A stretch of 64,000 bases of DNA from Geosiphon pyriformis uo1 (GCA_016748015.1 JAAOMT010000577.1:62001-126000); one strand, 5' to 3'; positions 12,873 through 24,965 are shown, counted from the stretch's first letter. The notes: generated by a model not told the origin, from the letters alone. Numbers and translations are program-made.

Positions 12873-13505
12873 ATGTCATTTCTTCGAAGCTTATACATCG
12901 ATTTCAATTCTATACTGGATCCTGGTGGTGAGGATGAAAATCTAATTGAATGTATCTCAACATGGTGTTATGACAACAAGTATAAACACGACCAGCTTTT
13001 TAAAGAACTCTATGAAACCACCCGAAAAAAATTGGAATTTTCTTGCATGCTCGCATTCTGTTATCATCATGGTATTGGGACAGCGCAAGATCAGCAAGCT
13101 GCTTTTAAATGGTATTCGAAAGCAGCTGAAATTGGGGATTCATTTGGTCAAAATCAATTGGGTTGGTGCTTTCATACCCCGTTGGGTACTCAAATAGATT
13201 GCAATAAGGCATTTTATTGGTACGAGAAAGCTGCAGAGTCAGGAAATCCTAGTGGTCAGGCGAATCTAGGGTTTTGTTATCGAAATGCTGTTGGGACAAA
13301 AGTCGACTTGAAAAAGGCTTTTTATTGGTATAGCATGTCGGCCAAGGCTGGAGATTGTTTGGGACAATGTAATTTTGCCCGTTGCTACTTATCAGGCTGG
13401 GGGACAGAATCAGATATACATTTAGCAATAAATTGGTACAAAAAGGCTCAAAAAAACCGATCCGAATTCGCACCTTTAACTCTTAAGTGGTTGTTTCGAA
13501 TATAA
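12873..13505 (+). CDS. Sel1-like repeat protein (210 aa, ~4 repeats)
   Basis: LAFCYHHGIGT, GQNQLGWCF, GQANLGFCYRNAVGT, GQCNFARCYLSGWGT, WYxKAA spacing of ~36 aa. Confidence 0.93.
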   Translation: MSFLRSLYIDFNSILDPGGEDENLIECISTWCYDNKYKHDQLFKELYETTRKKLEFSCMLAFCYHHGIGTAQDQQAAFKWYSKAAEIGDSFGQNQLGWCFHTPLGTQIDCNKAFYWYEKAAESGNPSGQANLGFCYRNAVGTKVDLKKAFYWYSMSAKAGDCLGQCNFARCYLSGWGTESDIHLAINWYKKAQKNRSEFAPLTLKWLFRI

Positions 13506-13529
13506 AACATGTCTTTATTGATTGGAGTC

Positions 13530-14220
13530 AATCGATTAATTTGGAATTCCACTTTCAGCTTATTTTTATCAGGGCATTTTAATTCCTTGATTTCCGCGAA
13601 GATTTGGACTCTGGACACCGAATACTATTTGCTTGACAAACTTTATGTTAATGATGAAATCCTTGAATTATGCCCTATGATCTTCAAACGTATTCAATTG
13701 AATCCTTGAGCCCTCATGTCAACTTCAGATTTTTTACTTTGAACTGGATTTCCAAACAAGAATATTCAAACCATATAACACATTAAAACTAAGGATAAAC
13801 TCCAAGGTTTTTCTCAAATGAAATTAATTTTATAATGACACCTTTCGATTAAGGAGTTAATTTAACTGACCATTAATATTTCCAAGTCTTTTGTTCAGAT
13901 CTCAAGGTTGCCTCATTGAAAATTTATAATCAAATCTTGAACTTTCGGAAATTGGTCTCTCACAAGCTGGTTCTGTTTTGATTAATATTAAACAACTTAT
14001 TTGTTTATAATCAAATGAATTGTAAGATCAAATATGTATCTTGGTCTCCTTAGGTGATCAAACTTTATAAGCACTTAATCAAAATTTGTTTTTGAGTGAA
14101 TTTCACAAGTTTTGTTCAGAATTCGCCTTGAAATATTTTTTTAGGGTCTCATCAAGATTATTGTTCATTATTTGCAAATTATCCTTTGACTTTTAAATAT
14201 TGATCTCAAATATTCGAAAA
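13530..14220 (-). pseudogene. Possible decayed leucine-rich-repeat gene
   Basis: Scattered minus-strand fragments (LFNINQNR, FPKVQDLIINF, LFGNPVQ) in different frames; no continuous ORF. Confidence 0.25.
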
Positions 14221-16984
14221 AGTTGCATACCTGTATTTATTTTATGTGAAATTAACAAAAAAAAACTAAAATATTCAAATCAAAATCTTTGCTTCCAAGA
14301 AAAAATTTCAGTAATTTTACCCAAATAATAAAATATTTTTGATTTGAAGCTTCCCAATCGGATCTCTCAAAATAGTTAATAAAAGTCGAAAAAGTGAAGA
14401 TGAAACAATATCTATTTTATTTTAATTATTCCCCCAACCCTTTATCAAAATAATTGATGAACTTTCCACATAAAACCCTTATGAAGTTTTAAAGGGTAAT
14501 AAGTGAATTATTCTACAGGAGTAATTTTCTAATATTAAATTTGTTTCACATTTTAGTTCTAGTCAAGTATGGAAATATATTTCTTTAGCTCCTTAAATTT
14601 TTAAAGTAAAATTCATTGTTATAAATTGAAGTAACAAGCTAGTGAATGAGCATAAGAAAAAGAAAATAAAGAATCTCAAAGAAGTTCAAAATAAAATATA
14701 GTATGTAAATATTTTATATAAAAATCATTAAACAAATTTATGTTTAATTGAGTTTAATTTTATATAAGAAAAAGAATTTGAGATGCATTCCTTGTATAGC
14801 TAAAAAATGTTATCAATAATTTAGTGAATAATCAGGTCTAAATAAGATTAATAAATATGATAACAAATACAAAAATTAATTGCAACAATATTATTAAATT
14901 TTTTTATAGATTGCTTACATTTTCCTTTCCTTCCACACAAAATATAGTAAAATCCCACTGAAAGCGATATTCAGAATTCGAAGATTTTTATTTTTTTATT
15001 TTTTTATTTCTTGAAAGTTTTGTTTCAATAAGATATAAAATTAATTACTTTTATTGCTTTCGATGTTATAGGCTTTTAGCAGTCTTCAGAAAATATAAGC
15101 TATAAAGTGAAAAATTTTTGCATTTCAATTGAGTTACTCATAGTTGATATCATAATATTAGAACAGTTCCGTTCTAGCATCGAACAGGTTTGAAAAAAGC
15201 GAAGGAGCTAATGTCATCCATGAAACAAAAAATTCATATATCCTTTGCTTTCAAAATCGAATTTTACTAGAAGATGAAAATTTATAATTTCATGTATCCT
15301 AGAGTTTCCGTAACCTGAAAACATTCTCGTATTCATGAGTGGGGTTATTTAATTCTCAAAGTTCAGATTAGATAATTTCTAATCCATTCAGAGTTCGAAT
15401 TTTCTATTCGTAAAGCTACTCCAATTAAATTTTTGCTTCAGATTAAATTCTCTCATGATTTATGAGAATATATTTGCGTGTAATCTGACTAGGAAAAAGT
15501 ATTCAAGTCAATCTTTAGTTTTGAAATAAATTTTACTTTGGATTTTAAACATTTGTAATTGGTGTACCTGAATTAAATTTTGATTTTAAGTTATGATTTT
15601 CATACTCACTTGTGAAACCTAATTTCAAAAAATTCCAAATCACTTCTTTCTACATTAAAGAAACAAAAAAACCATCAATTTTCTTTAAATGCTAATAAAT
15701 TAGTTTTTAGGTCAAAATAATTGTTTAGAAAGAATCAAAAGCAATTAGAATTCCTTTTAGTAAAAATTAATGAGTCACATTAAAAATTTTTTAATAAATT
15801 AAGATTTAATTGAAAATAGTAGTATTTATTCAATATTTTTCGCAACCTATTTTAAAGTATTAACTGATTTAATATTAAGGTTTTATGTACCATGATTTCT
15901 TGTATTCCGAAATTAAAAATCAAATCAAAAATATTTTTTATACTTAAAATAAAAATTGATTTTAAATTTTTCAATTATTAAACTTAGAAAACCAAAATTT
16001 TCATTTATTATTAATAATAAAAGTTTTTTCTGTTTTATATAAGCTCATTAATTGGTTAACAAACTTTATTTTTACCAAAAAAATGAATTTTTTCAAAAAT
16101 AACAAAATATAAAATTATTATTTAACAAAACTAATAACAAATAATATTTAATAGTATTACATTAATTAATAATATTGTAATAGTAGAAAATTTTATATAT
16201 TAACTATAGTAATTATTTTTATTTATATCAATCGTGTATTAACCACTCTATTTTTATAATTAATTATTTGCTTGATTATTGACCTAATCAATGACTTGAT
16301 TTTTGGCTTAATTTAATAATTTCTTTTTAATTGAAGCGATAAATTTTGAATATTTTTTTAGAATGCCAAATAACGTTTAAAATCATAATGGCGTGGCTAG
16401 TTGCATGTAGAAAACGCGTGATTCACATATACTTTGAGCTTATACATGTTCTTTTCATACATGTTTCATCTTGGTAAATTGTGATTGAACTACACTCTTA
16501 AGCATAAAAAATAATGATGATAAATCATAACAGCCATGTCATCTTTTATTGACAATTTCTTTATCTTCAGATTTGATCATTGAGATATTCAATTTGCTTC
16601 TTTTTAAAAAAAATTTGATTAGTTTTATATTGTTTTCAGTTACTTTCCTTTCATTCTGTTAGCATGTTATTCCTACCTGTGACAACATTGGTTTTTTGTT
16701 AAGAATAAAATAATGTATATACACATTTATTCCCTTCCAATAGCCTAATTATTTGGCTTTTTTATCTTTAACCCAATTTTAGAGATTTTATTAAAACATT
16801 TTAAGTTCGCAAAAACTTCAAGTTCTTGGCTCCCTAAAAATTAGTTGAGCAAAATAAGCCTCATTAGTATTCTGTGCTTTAATTCTTTATTTTTATTCAG
16901 GGCACAATATTTTCATAAGATTTAGCATTAAAAGAAGCTGATTTTGGTTATAAATGAAAAGTTTCAGAGGAAGATTGAAAGTGA

Positions 16985-18576
16985 TCAAAGTTTTCCAAAA
17001 CGGAGTCCTCCATCAATTCTTACGATTTCACCATTCATATAAGTATTCTCGATCAAATGAATTACGAGTTTGGCAAATTCTATTTATATATAGCAAAAGA
17101 AAAAAGCTTAAACATGAAAAGAAATCAGAATGCTGAAGAGTTTAGCAGGTTAATAATTACCTGATGGTTTTCCAAACCTCTGGGGAAATTCTGCCATATT
17201 CTCGAGTTTGACCCGTGCTTCATCCGGAAGTATTTTGATTAAAGGTGTATCTGAATTAAGAGGAAAAGATTTTTTGAACCCGAATTGGTGAAAATATAAA
17301 TAAAGCTGTGAATTTTAACCCGCATAAAAACTTACCGAAGCCTCCTGGTGCGATAGCGAGAACCCTAATTCCATATCCAGAAAGGTCACGTGCCATTGGG
17401 ACTTCAGGGAATAAAATTATTTAAATATCAAATTCTTTAAAGTGTTTATTATTTCAATTTTAAGAATCAAACGGAAGGTCCAATGCTCACGCGTAATCCC
17501 AGCAATGCCACCCTTTGATGCACAGTATGCAACTTGACTAGAATCACCTTCAATATATGTGACTGAGGAAACGTTAATGATAGCACCACGTTCACCTTTG
17601 CGAGAGGAGAATATATTTAAATAAGGTTTCAGATAAACCAGAATTTAGCAAGTGAGGTTAAAAATATTTTAAAACCTACCATCTTCTTCAGGCTCTTGTT
17701 TACTTAGGAGTGCTGCTACTTGACTTGCAACATTAATTGTCCCAATCTAAGGAAATAAAATTTTCTTTGTATTCAGTTAAAAAACGCTTGATAATTAAAC
17801 TAACGGGTGATACTTACCAAATTCACATTGACTACTTTTTTGACCTGCTGTAAATCTATTGCTGTTCCATCATCCACGGTCTATTTCATAACAAAATCAA
17901 TATAGGTGAGAAATAGAGGAAGCTTATTACTTCATTAGTTAATGCAAAGAAGGATACAAACTTTCCCTGGAATAAATATCCCAGCGCAGTTGATCACTCC
18001 GCCAAATGTTAAGCCAAACTTTGCGACCCCTTCTTCAATTGCTTTTTGGACTTCTTCCTATTATTAAGATCGATTCTTTAGATACAAATTTAGAAGGAAA
18101 GCATTTTTTATATAAAGATAAAGAATGCTTATTTCTTCTCAAGTTACCGTAGAAGTAACATCAGCCTTTACATATAAGCTCTGTGATTGTTTTTCAGCAA
18201 AATCCTTAGAAATTTTCGGAGGTTGTGTATCGATTATCTGATTTGAAGATTTAGTATGAAGTTAGTATCTTGCCAAAAAAAATAAATTATAACCACTCTG
18301 AGCTTGGAATATTATTTTTCAGAATCTGACCACCACGTTTGCCTCAAGTTCCAAAAGCATAATCACAGTGGCTTCGCCTAAACCACTTGATCTGCATAGA
18401 TAGCGATGTAAAAGATTAGAATATATGTGGGAAAAACACCACTCTCAGTTGCAAAATGTCGAATCTGTCAAATGCGCCTAAAAAGGGAAATAAACGAGAC
18501 TTTGGATGGATAGAAAAATCGAAATTTAAATTTCTTACCCTCCCGTAATGAAAAAGGACTTTCCTTTAATTTTCAT
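16985..18576 (-). CDS. Short-chain dehydrogenase/reductase, 3-hydroxyacyl-CoA dehydrogenase type-2 (HSD17B10-like); about 10 short exons
   Basis: Spliced translation: MKIKGKSFFITGG/SSGLGEAT (TGxxxGxG), KADVTST, VINCAGI, VNVNL/IGTINV, GERGAIINVSS, AYCASKGGI (YxxxK), LPMARDLSGYGIRVLAIAPG, FPQRFGKPSEFA, YMNGEIVRIDGGLRFGKL*. Confidence 0.92.
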
Positions 18577-18989
18577 TTTAAAAAAATTTATTTTGAGAAA
18601 TCAAAATTTGTAAGGTAAGTTTGTTTAAGAAGTAATGGTGAGAAGAAGTTGACCACTGACGCCAAAAAAAAGCTCTTTATAATTTTAGGAAACGCCAATT
18701 GTTAACTGTTTTAATAGATGCATAGTTTGTTATCTCGTATTAAATTAATAAAGATCTCTAGAATATATCTTTAGATGACTAAGGTTAGTATATCAAAAAT
18801 CTTAAGATAGCACACTATCTTAGAATGAAAATTTCACTTCAAAAGTTTTGTTTTATTTTAAATAATGTTAGATCTATTACTTGCATTTTTATGAAAATTC
18901 TAAAATTTGAAGTTCTCAACACATGCTCCCGCACTCTCAGTAAAATATCTTCCAAGATTTTATCTTTTAGCGAGCTTCGAATATATTTG

Positions 18990-19306
18990 TTTACTCAATA
19001 TAAATTTTGTGGGAGACAAACATGGCTGATTTTCAGAATACGTGCCAGTTTCAAATCTTTGTTTAGTACTAATGCCAGTCGTATGGAAGAATCTAAAGCA
19101 ATGGCCCCAAATTGATGGGCTCCTTTAGTTGCCCTTTTATACCACATAATTGTTTTATACAAATTTTCACCCACCCAAATCTCACATGATAAAAAGAGAT
19201 AAGATATACTCGTGTACATGCAGATATCTCAAACACCTGATAGCAGAAATTTTGTCCTGTCAATGTCTTCCTCCCATCGAGTAATAAATCCAAGATAACT
19301 TAAAGC
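18990..19306 (-). pseudogene. Sel1-like repeat remnant abutting the 3' end of IS607/Fanzor copy 1
   Basis: Fragments ALSYLGF, LYKTIMWYKRATKG, GHC..GISTKQ..KSA in shifting frames. Confidence 0.6.
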
Positions 19307-20810
19307 CCGACTATCACCAATGTTAGCAGATGGATTGTAATATATCAATAGACAATGCGTTATTACTAGTTCCTGCATGGTCACTATAGGACATACCTTT
19401 ATCAAACAATTTCCGGAGGAAGATCCTCGAGCGCCATTTTCATCTCTGCTTATCACAATCCCGATTCTGGATGTTGCCACATTGACAAGTCTTGGATGTG
19501 TAAAGTTCGCTCTGGATAACAACGTGGATCCCTAATTCCTCGGCCTTGGTTATCACACGTTGTCGAAAGTGATAATGCGCCTAACAAAGCATCTTTCTTG
19601 TATTCCGATTCATAATATCCGTTAACTCAGAGTAATGAAAATAGTATCAAGTTCGTGAGTGAAAAATGCGACAAAATTTCTGTCTGCAAGTGTAAGATCT
19701 ATTTATGCATCCACCAGTCCCCTTTTCTAATCTTCCGGCTTTTGTTTTGAGGTAATCAAGTTATTTTTCTTTGAGCAAAGGCCATCCATAAATTTGCAGA
19801 GGCGAACAATACGATTAGTGTCAAGAGCGCCTATTTTGCCTACATCTTTTGCTGGGTAAATGGAGTGCAAATGCCAGGATCTATGGAGACTGCATGAACA
19901 GACCCATTCGCTTGGGTTTCGTGGAACTGTTTTTGCGTCTCGTATACTCAAGCAAACTTTCGCTCATTAGTTTTGCGATAGTAAGTGAGCTTGCCATCAC
20001 TGTAATCTTGTATGGATTGAGCCAATTGTTATTTTTACGATTTTTCTCGAAGTAGAAAGGCCATAGTACACGTTTAATCTTAAAAATAAAGAATAAAAAA
20101 TTGACATGAATAATTAAAAAAAACCAAAAACGTAAAAAATATATTTTCTTTACCTTGTGTCGATGTGCATGTGCATATATTGCTGGAATGTGAGTGTAAG
20201 ATACATAGAAGCGATTCTAGGTTAACTCCTCAAAATTCTGAGCACGAATTGTTATGGTGTAACGCAGTTCCTTATGAGATTGAAAAGAAAGATGATGTGT
20301 TGAAGCACCTTGTTGTCGCCATGCATTACGTTTAAAAACTTTCTTTCGCTTGATCAACCACTTCGTCTGTAATGTTGGCAGGAGCTGAGCTTAAACGAAC
20401 TCTTAAGAGCATGCCAAGACGGATGATGGTTCTGCGAGATTTTCTTTCACCCCAGATACCGAAAAAGATGAAAGTCATAGGTTTTAACCATCCTTTTCCC
20501 ATGATACCATCTTATTTCATAATAATGCGACCCTTTTTGCTTCATCTCATCACAGTATTAAAGGCAAATCTCACCAAGCCATCCATCGCTTCAATAGCTG
20601 CTTCTGAGGGTGGTTGGGGTACCTCTTGACTAGTAACATCGGACTAAAAGTTGTTTTTATCGTTCAAAATCCTCTTTTTGCTTTGCACTAAAGACATGGG
20701 CGTAGAGGTAACCTTTCTTGGTAGCGAAGGTGGTGATATTAGCATTTTGAAAAGTTAGCTCAGGTAAGAGGAAAAAGGTGGGCATTTATTTTCGCGATTT
20801 TGAACTTGAT
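19307..20810 (-). mobile_element. IS607-like element, copy 1: degenerate serine recombinase (TnpA) plus Fanzor2/TnpB pseudogene
   Basis: 20730-20645: KKGYLYAHVFSAKQKEDFER*KQLL (decayed YARVSSxKQxxDLERQ). Then LVKRYPNHPQKQLLKRWM/GLVRFAFN (TnpB N-terminal motif), AVSIDPGICTPFT (RuvC-I, ~19865-19895), MLC*AHYHFRQRVITKAEELGIHVVIQSELYTSKTCQCGNIQ, GIVISRDENGARG (RuvC-III). Multiple stops and deletions. Confidence 0.9.
20079..20153 (-). other. Probable spliceosomal intron inside the Fanzor2 ORF of copy 1 (75 nt)
   Basis: GTAAAG...T-rich...TTTTTAAG between codons ...HAHRHK and IKRVLWPFYFEKK; homologous segment at 45539-45599 in copy 3. Confidence 0.7.
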
Positions 20811-21456
20811 AAGCATCATTTGCACATTATAACTTACAAATGAAACAAACTATAAAATTGTTCAGGATGATCGTACGTTTCAAATTGTCCTAATACAATG
20901 AATTTTTTCTTTAGTTATATATAGATCTTAAATAAATATATTCCCTAAAAAAAATTATCATGAAAAGTTTCTCGTGAAGGTGTTAGCACGATCTGCATTA
21001 AAATGAACTGGTATTTTTCAGATAGACACAGATCTGGACGCCAGAGTGAAAAAGGGCTAGATCCCCTGTGCTTAGAAAATTCTTTTAAATGAACGAGATC
21101 AATCACCAAAACTATATCGCCATTGTTATATTATTAAAAACTTATTCTGTGCACATCAAAGGGGAATCAATGTATAATTTAACTCAATAATCAACGCAAT
21201 TCACTTGTTACTTAATAGCGCTACTTTCTTTTTTCAAACCTTCGCTGGTCAGCTGTACATTTTCGACGAGTGACAAGGGATGCATGCATAGTTACATTGT
21301 GTTTCAGCGGCATGATTCATTAGCTTCATTTAAAGGATAAAATCTCGGAGAATAGATCGCTTCTTTGTTTAATAGCCGTGGTATCACTTCCCTCATGCAC
21401 AATAATATTATACAGCAGTCAATCAAAGAATACTAAATTTAAGAAGATACATTGAA

Positions 21457-22947
21457 ATGTCTTCATCAACATATGAGACTCAAGCGAACGCTGACATTTT
21501 GAGTGAAGAAATGTTGAATAGTTTATTTGCTGAAAGGCTTTGTATTGACGGTTTAACTTCTATGCGCAACTTACAACCAAGTGATGAAATACTTTTAATT
21601 GAAGAGAGTAATACGGGACATATTTCAAATTGTCAAACTCTTTCTAATAAGCTTGAGAAAAACGAATCAGAAAATTGCGATGAAGATTCTGAGCTGAGTC
21701 TTCTAAAACCCTTTTCAATAAAAGAATTAGTCGAGTCCCCGAGACTTGAAATAAAACGGATCGAGTTGAAGTCTCAAGTCATTCGGATAATCCCGCAACC
21801 CTTGCCGCAAAGTGAACCTGAATCAATGGTCGACAAATCGATCAAATTATTTTCGGAATATCTTGCAAAGGCAATCTACTTGGACGCCATGAAACGTGAA
21901 ATCAATAATTTTCTTGTCAACAACAATCAAAATCCGCAGGAATTTGTACAATTACTTTGTAGAGATTTTCGATCGAAATCCTTATGTTTACGTGGTTTTT
22001 GTCTTGAATATGGAATTGGTGGGTACGCTGATCTAATAGGAGCATTCGATACATACAAAAAATCAGCAGAGCTAGGGGACACTTACGGCCAAAACTTTTT
22101 GGGACGTTGTTATAGAGATGGAATCGGGACACGTAAGAATCAAGAAACTTCTTTTTACTGGTATCAAAAATCAGCTGAAGGCAATAATTCAACTGGTGCT
22201 TACAACTTTGCCGATTGCTTCAAGTATGCTCGAGGAACCGTCAGAGATGATAAAAAAGCATTTGAATGGTATAAAAAATCAGCAGAGGCTGGAAATGCAA
22301 CTGGACAATATGATTATGGACATTGTTTCGAGAATGGAAAAGGGACCCCGAAAGATGACTGCAAAGCATTACAATGGTATGAGAAAAGCGCTGAAGGCGG
22401 AAATACATCAGCACAATGTGCGCTTGGACACTATTTGAGAAAGGGGATTGGAACTGTAGCAAATCCCGAAAAGGCTTTTTATTGGTTTAAAAAATCTGCT
22501 TTTGCTGGTTATGCCAGAGCACAAAGTAACCTTGGTAGGTTGTAGAATGAGTTTGATTACTTTTTTTGAATTTTTAAATTGATCTTTTCAATGTTTTAAG
22601 GATATTGCTATGAAAATGGGATTGGCACAAAACCAGATATCGAAAAGGCATTTTCTTGGTATCAAAAATCAGCCAAAAGCAATGATATTCAGGGATCATG
22701 TTACCTCGGTTACTGTTATCATAGCGCCATCGGCACAAAAAAAGACAGGCAAAAAACATTTTATTGGTATAGTCGGGCAGCTGTAAATTGTGATTCGTTT
22801 GCTCAATGCAAACTCGGTGGTTGTTATCATGAAGGACATGGTACTTTACCGGATATTCACGAAGCTATCAAATGGTATCGTAAAGCTCGTGATCATAATT
22901 ACAGTAGTGCTGCAGGAAGGCTCCTTTCATTATTCTTGAAGGAGTAA
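21457..22947 (+). CDS. Sel1-like repeat protein (2 exons, intron ~22535-22600; ~8 repeats)
   Basis: ORF continues across GTAGGT...TTTAAG into GYCYENGIGTKPDIEKAFSWYQKSA...DIHEAIKWYRKA...LFLKE* (TAA 22945-22947). Confidence 0.93.
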
Positions 22948-23469
22948 AAGTAACGTGGTTGAGAAAAAATTTTGGCATTATGAAATATTTTTTGCAAAAG
23001 GGACTATTAACCGCTTTCATCATACATTTTGAGCTTTAAAAATAGCTTCCCAAAACAGTTTTATTGTACATTTTAAAAGGGCATAGCATGCTGAATTTTA
23101 ATAGAGTTTCGATTAATTTAAAATTCATGCTTAAGAATCTTCTCATCAATAAACATTATGAGTAGAGGGGAATTTATTATATTTCGAGTTGCTGGTGCTT
23201 TTAACGACAGGAAGATTTGTTTTAAAGAACTCTAGTCTAGCCTGAATATTTAATGTTCTTGTATATCATCCTATGGGAAAAGGCACACACATCAATTCCC
23301 ATACGTTGGTTTCAAAATGACTACAGTTTACATGAATTTTTGATAGTTGGGAAAATCTTTGGTGTAAATCTATCATGTAGAAAGTGAATCAACACTCGGC
23401 TTTCTCTAAAATTTTCGAGAAATTTTCTTGTATGCGACTCTGATAGAATATTGTACGGTCAACTTCTTA

Positions 23470-23640
23470 AATGAACACAGTAGCTTTCGGTCCATTTTGT
23501 ATACACCCACCCGAGGTTTATATTTTCACATATGACCATTTTTAGCTGCTTCCTCAAGCCAAAAAACAATCATAGCAAAACCTGTAACATCTCGAAAGAA
23601 TCGTCCCAAGCCTATTTTTCACTAGTTCTTGGGTCGCAGG
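23470..23640 (-). pseudogene. Short Sel1-like remnant
   Basis: Minus strand gives LGRFFRDVTG, FWLEEAAKNGH, NLGGCIQNG across frameshifts. Confidence 0.4.
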
Positions 23641-24380
23641 AATTAAAGATTTTAGGCTCACTTGAACTTAATTGATATTCGCTAATGAATACAGTAATTA
23701 GAATATGAAGAGGTTTTTTATTTTCCCTCAAGATCCAGATCTAACAAATTTTTGATAAAAGTAAGGCCTATTTGTGAATACATGTGATGAACAACTAGAA
23801 TTTTTTTGTTTACCAGTTAATAACTTGTATTTTCTAATTATTCGTTCTAATTAGTGTTTATCAATGAACATAAGCATTTGGGACAAACAAATATACTTTT
23901 GTTTATTTTCCATCGTCCGCATCTTTTGAACCTATTTTCGCCATTTTTACCTTAAAGAATAATAATTTTCTATAGTCCGTGAGAATTTATTTTATTTTTA
24001 GGCAAAAAAGCTTCATACACTTATAAAGGATATATTTCTGGGCATTTTGCACTTATCTTAAAAATAGGTATCCTTTAAAGAATATGAAAATTTGGTTTCA
24101 CAAACAAAATGTTTGTGAGCTGTTTCGGTTTTATTATTTAAACGGAGTTAATTCTAGTGTGAGAATGATTAAAATGAAATTAAAATATCGTCATTATTAT
24201 TATAATATGAGTGACTTACGTATTAAATGCCAGCAGTGAAGTTTCCTGAACTTTTTTCTCGCTTGTTTGAATCTCTTTTTCGAATAATAAGAAAATTCGT
24301 GGTTTAACTTTTAAATATTCCTAAAAAAAGGACGTGAGAATTTCTTATAATATATATTCAAAAAAAAGAAAGTCGCCTCA

Positions 24381-24965
24381 ATGGACCCAACGCCAAATAC
24401 TGAAACCCTTGAAGGAAAATCAAATAGTGCAGAAGTTAGAAAAGCTTCCAACAGCGATTTCATAATAATAACAATCTTGTCAAGCTTTTTAGGTCTTGCG
24501 TCCTTGTTAGCGATTATAATAATACTTGTGGGTCCAAAATGGAAGCGAACTCATGCAATGATGAGAAAGCGTAAGAGACTATCGGATCCAAAATTAAAAC
24601 CCCTCACAATCCTTGGCGAAACAAAAAGTGATTTTACATCGGAATACGTTTCTCAGACCTCTAAAGTGACCACAATTCTTAATATTCCGCAGGTATTACG
24701 CAAACCTCTGGTTAGAAACGGTAATAGAAGTTATTCTGATTTGAATGTGAAATCACGTAATAGTTTCGGTTATAATTTACCGATTTGTAACACTTCAGAA
24801 GAACAAGTGATGGATGGGCTCTTGCAGGAGGATAAAGTCGAAGAAAAAATCGAGGACTTGCCAGAAGCAGCTGCGGAAACTATAATCTTTGTGAAAAGTC
24901 CGGTAGAGATTCCGAAATCTGCTAAGAAAAACACTTTTTGGAAATCAGCTGATTATCATGTTTGA
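24381..24965 (+). CDS. Hypothetical single-pass membrane protein (194 aa)
   Basis: Hydrophobic stretch FIIITILSSFLGLASLLAIIIILV followed by a basic cluster (KWKR...RKRKR). Confidence 0.75.
   Translation: MDPTPNTETLEGKSNSAEVRKASNSDFIIITILSSFLGLASLLAIIIILVGPKWKRTHAMMRKRKRLSDPKLKPLTILGETKSDFTSEYVSQTSKVTTILNIPQVLRKPLVRNGNRSYSDLNVKSRNSFGYNLPICNTSEEQVMDGLLQEDKVEEKIEDLPEAAAETIIFVKSPVEIPKSAKKNTFWKSADYHV

Noticed and set aside
20810-20900. Precise left end and subterminal repeats of the IS607-like element
   Set aside because: Homology between copies fades near 20810 and 59605 and I could not define a shared terminus or target site.
21917-22759. Short alternative-frame and antisense ORFs over Sel1 genes (also at 12946, 13249, 28778, 52168-52673, 53372-54113, 60541, 60862)
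   Set aside because: They are shadows of the repetitive Sel1 coding frames and have no independent motifs.
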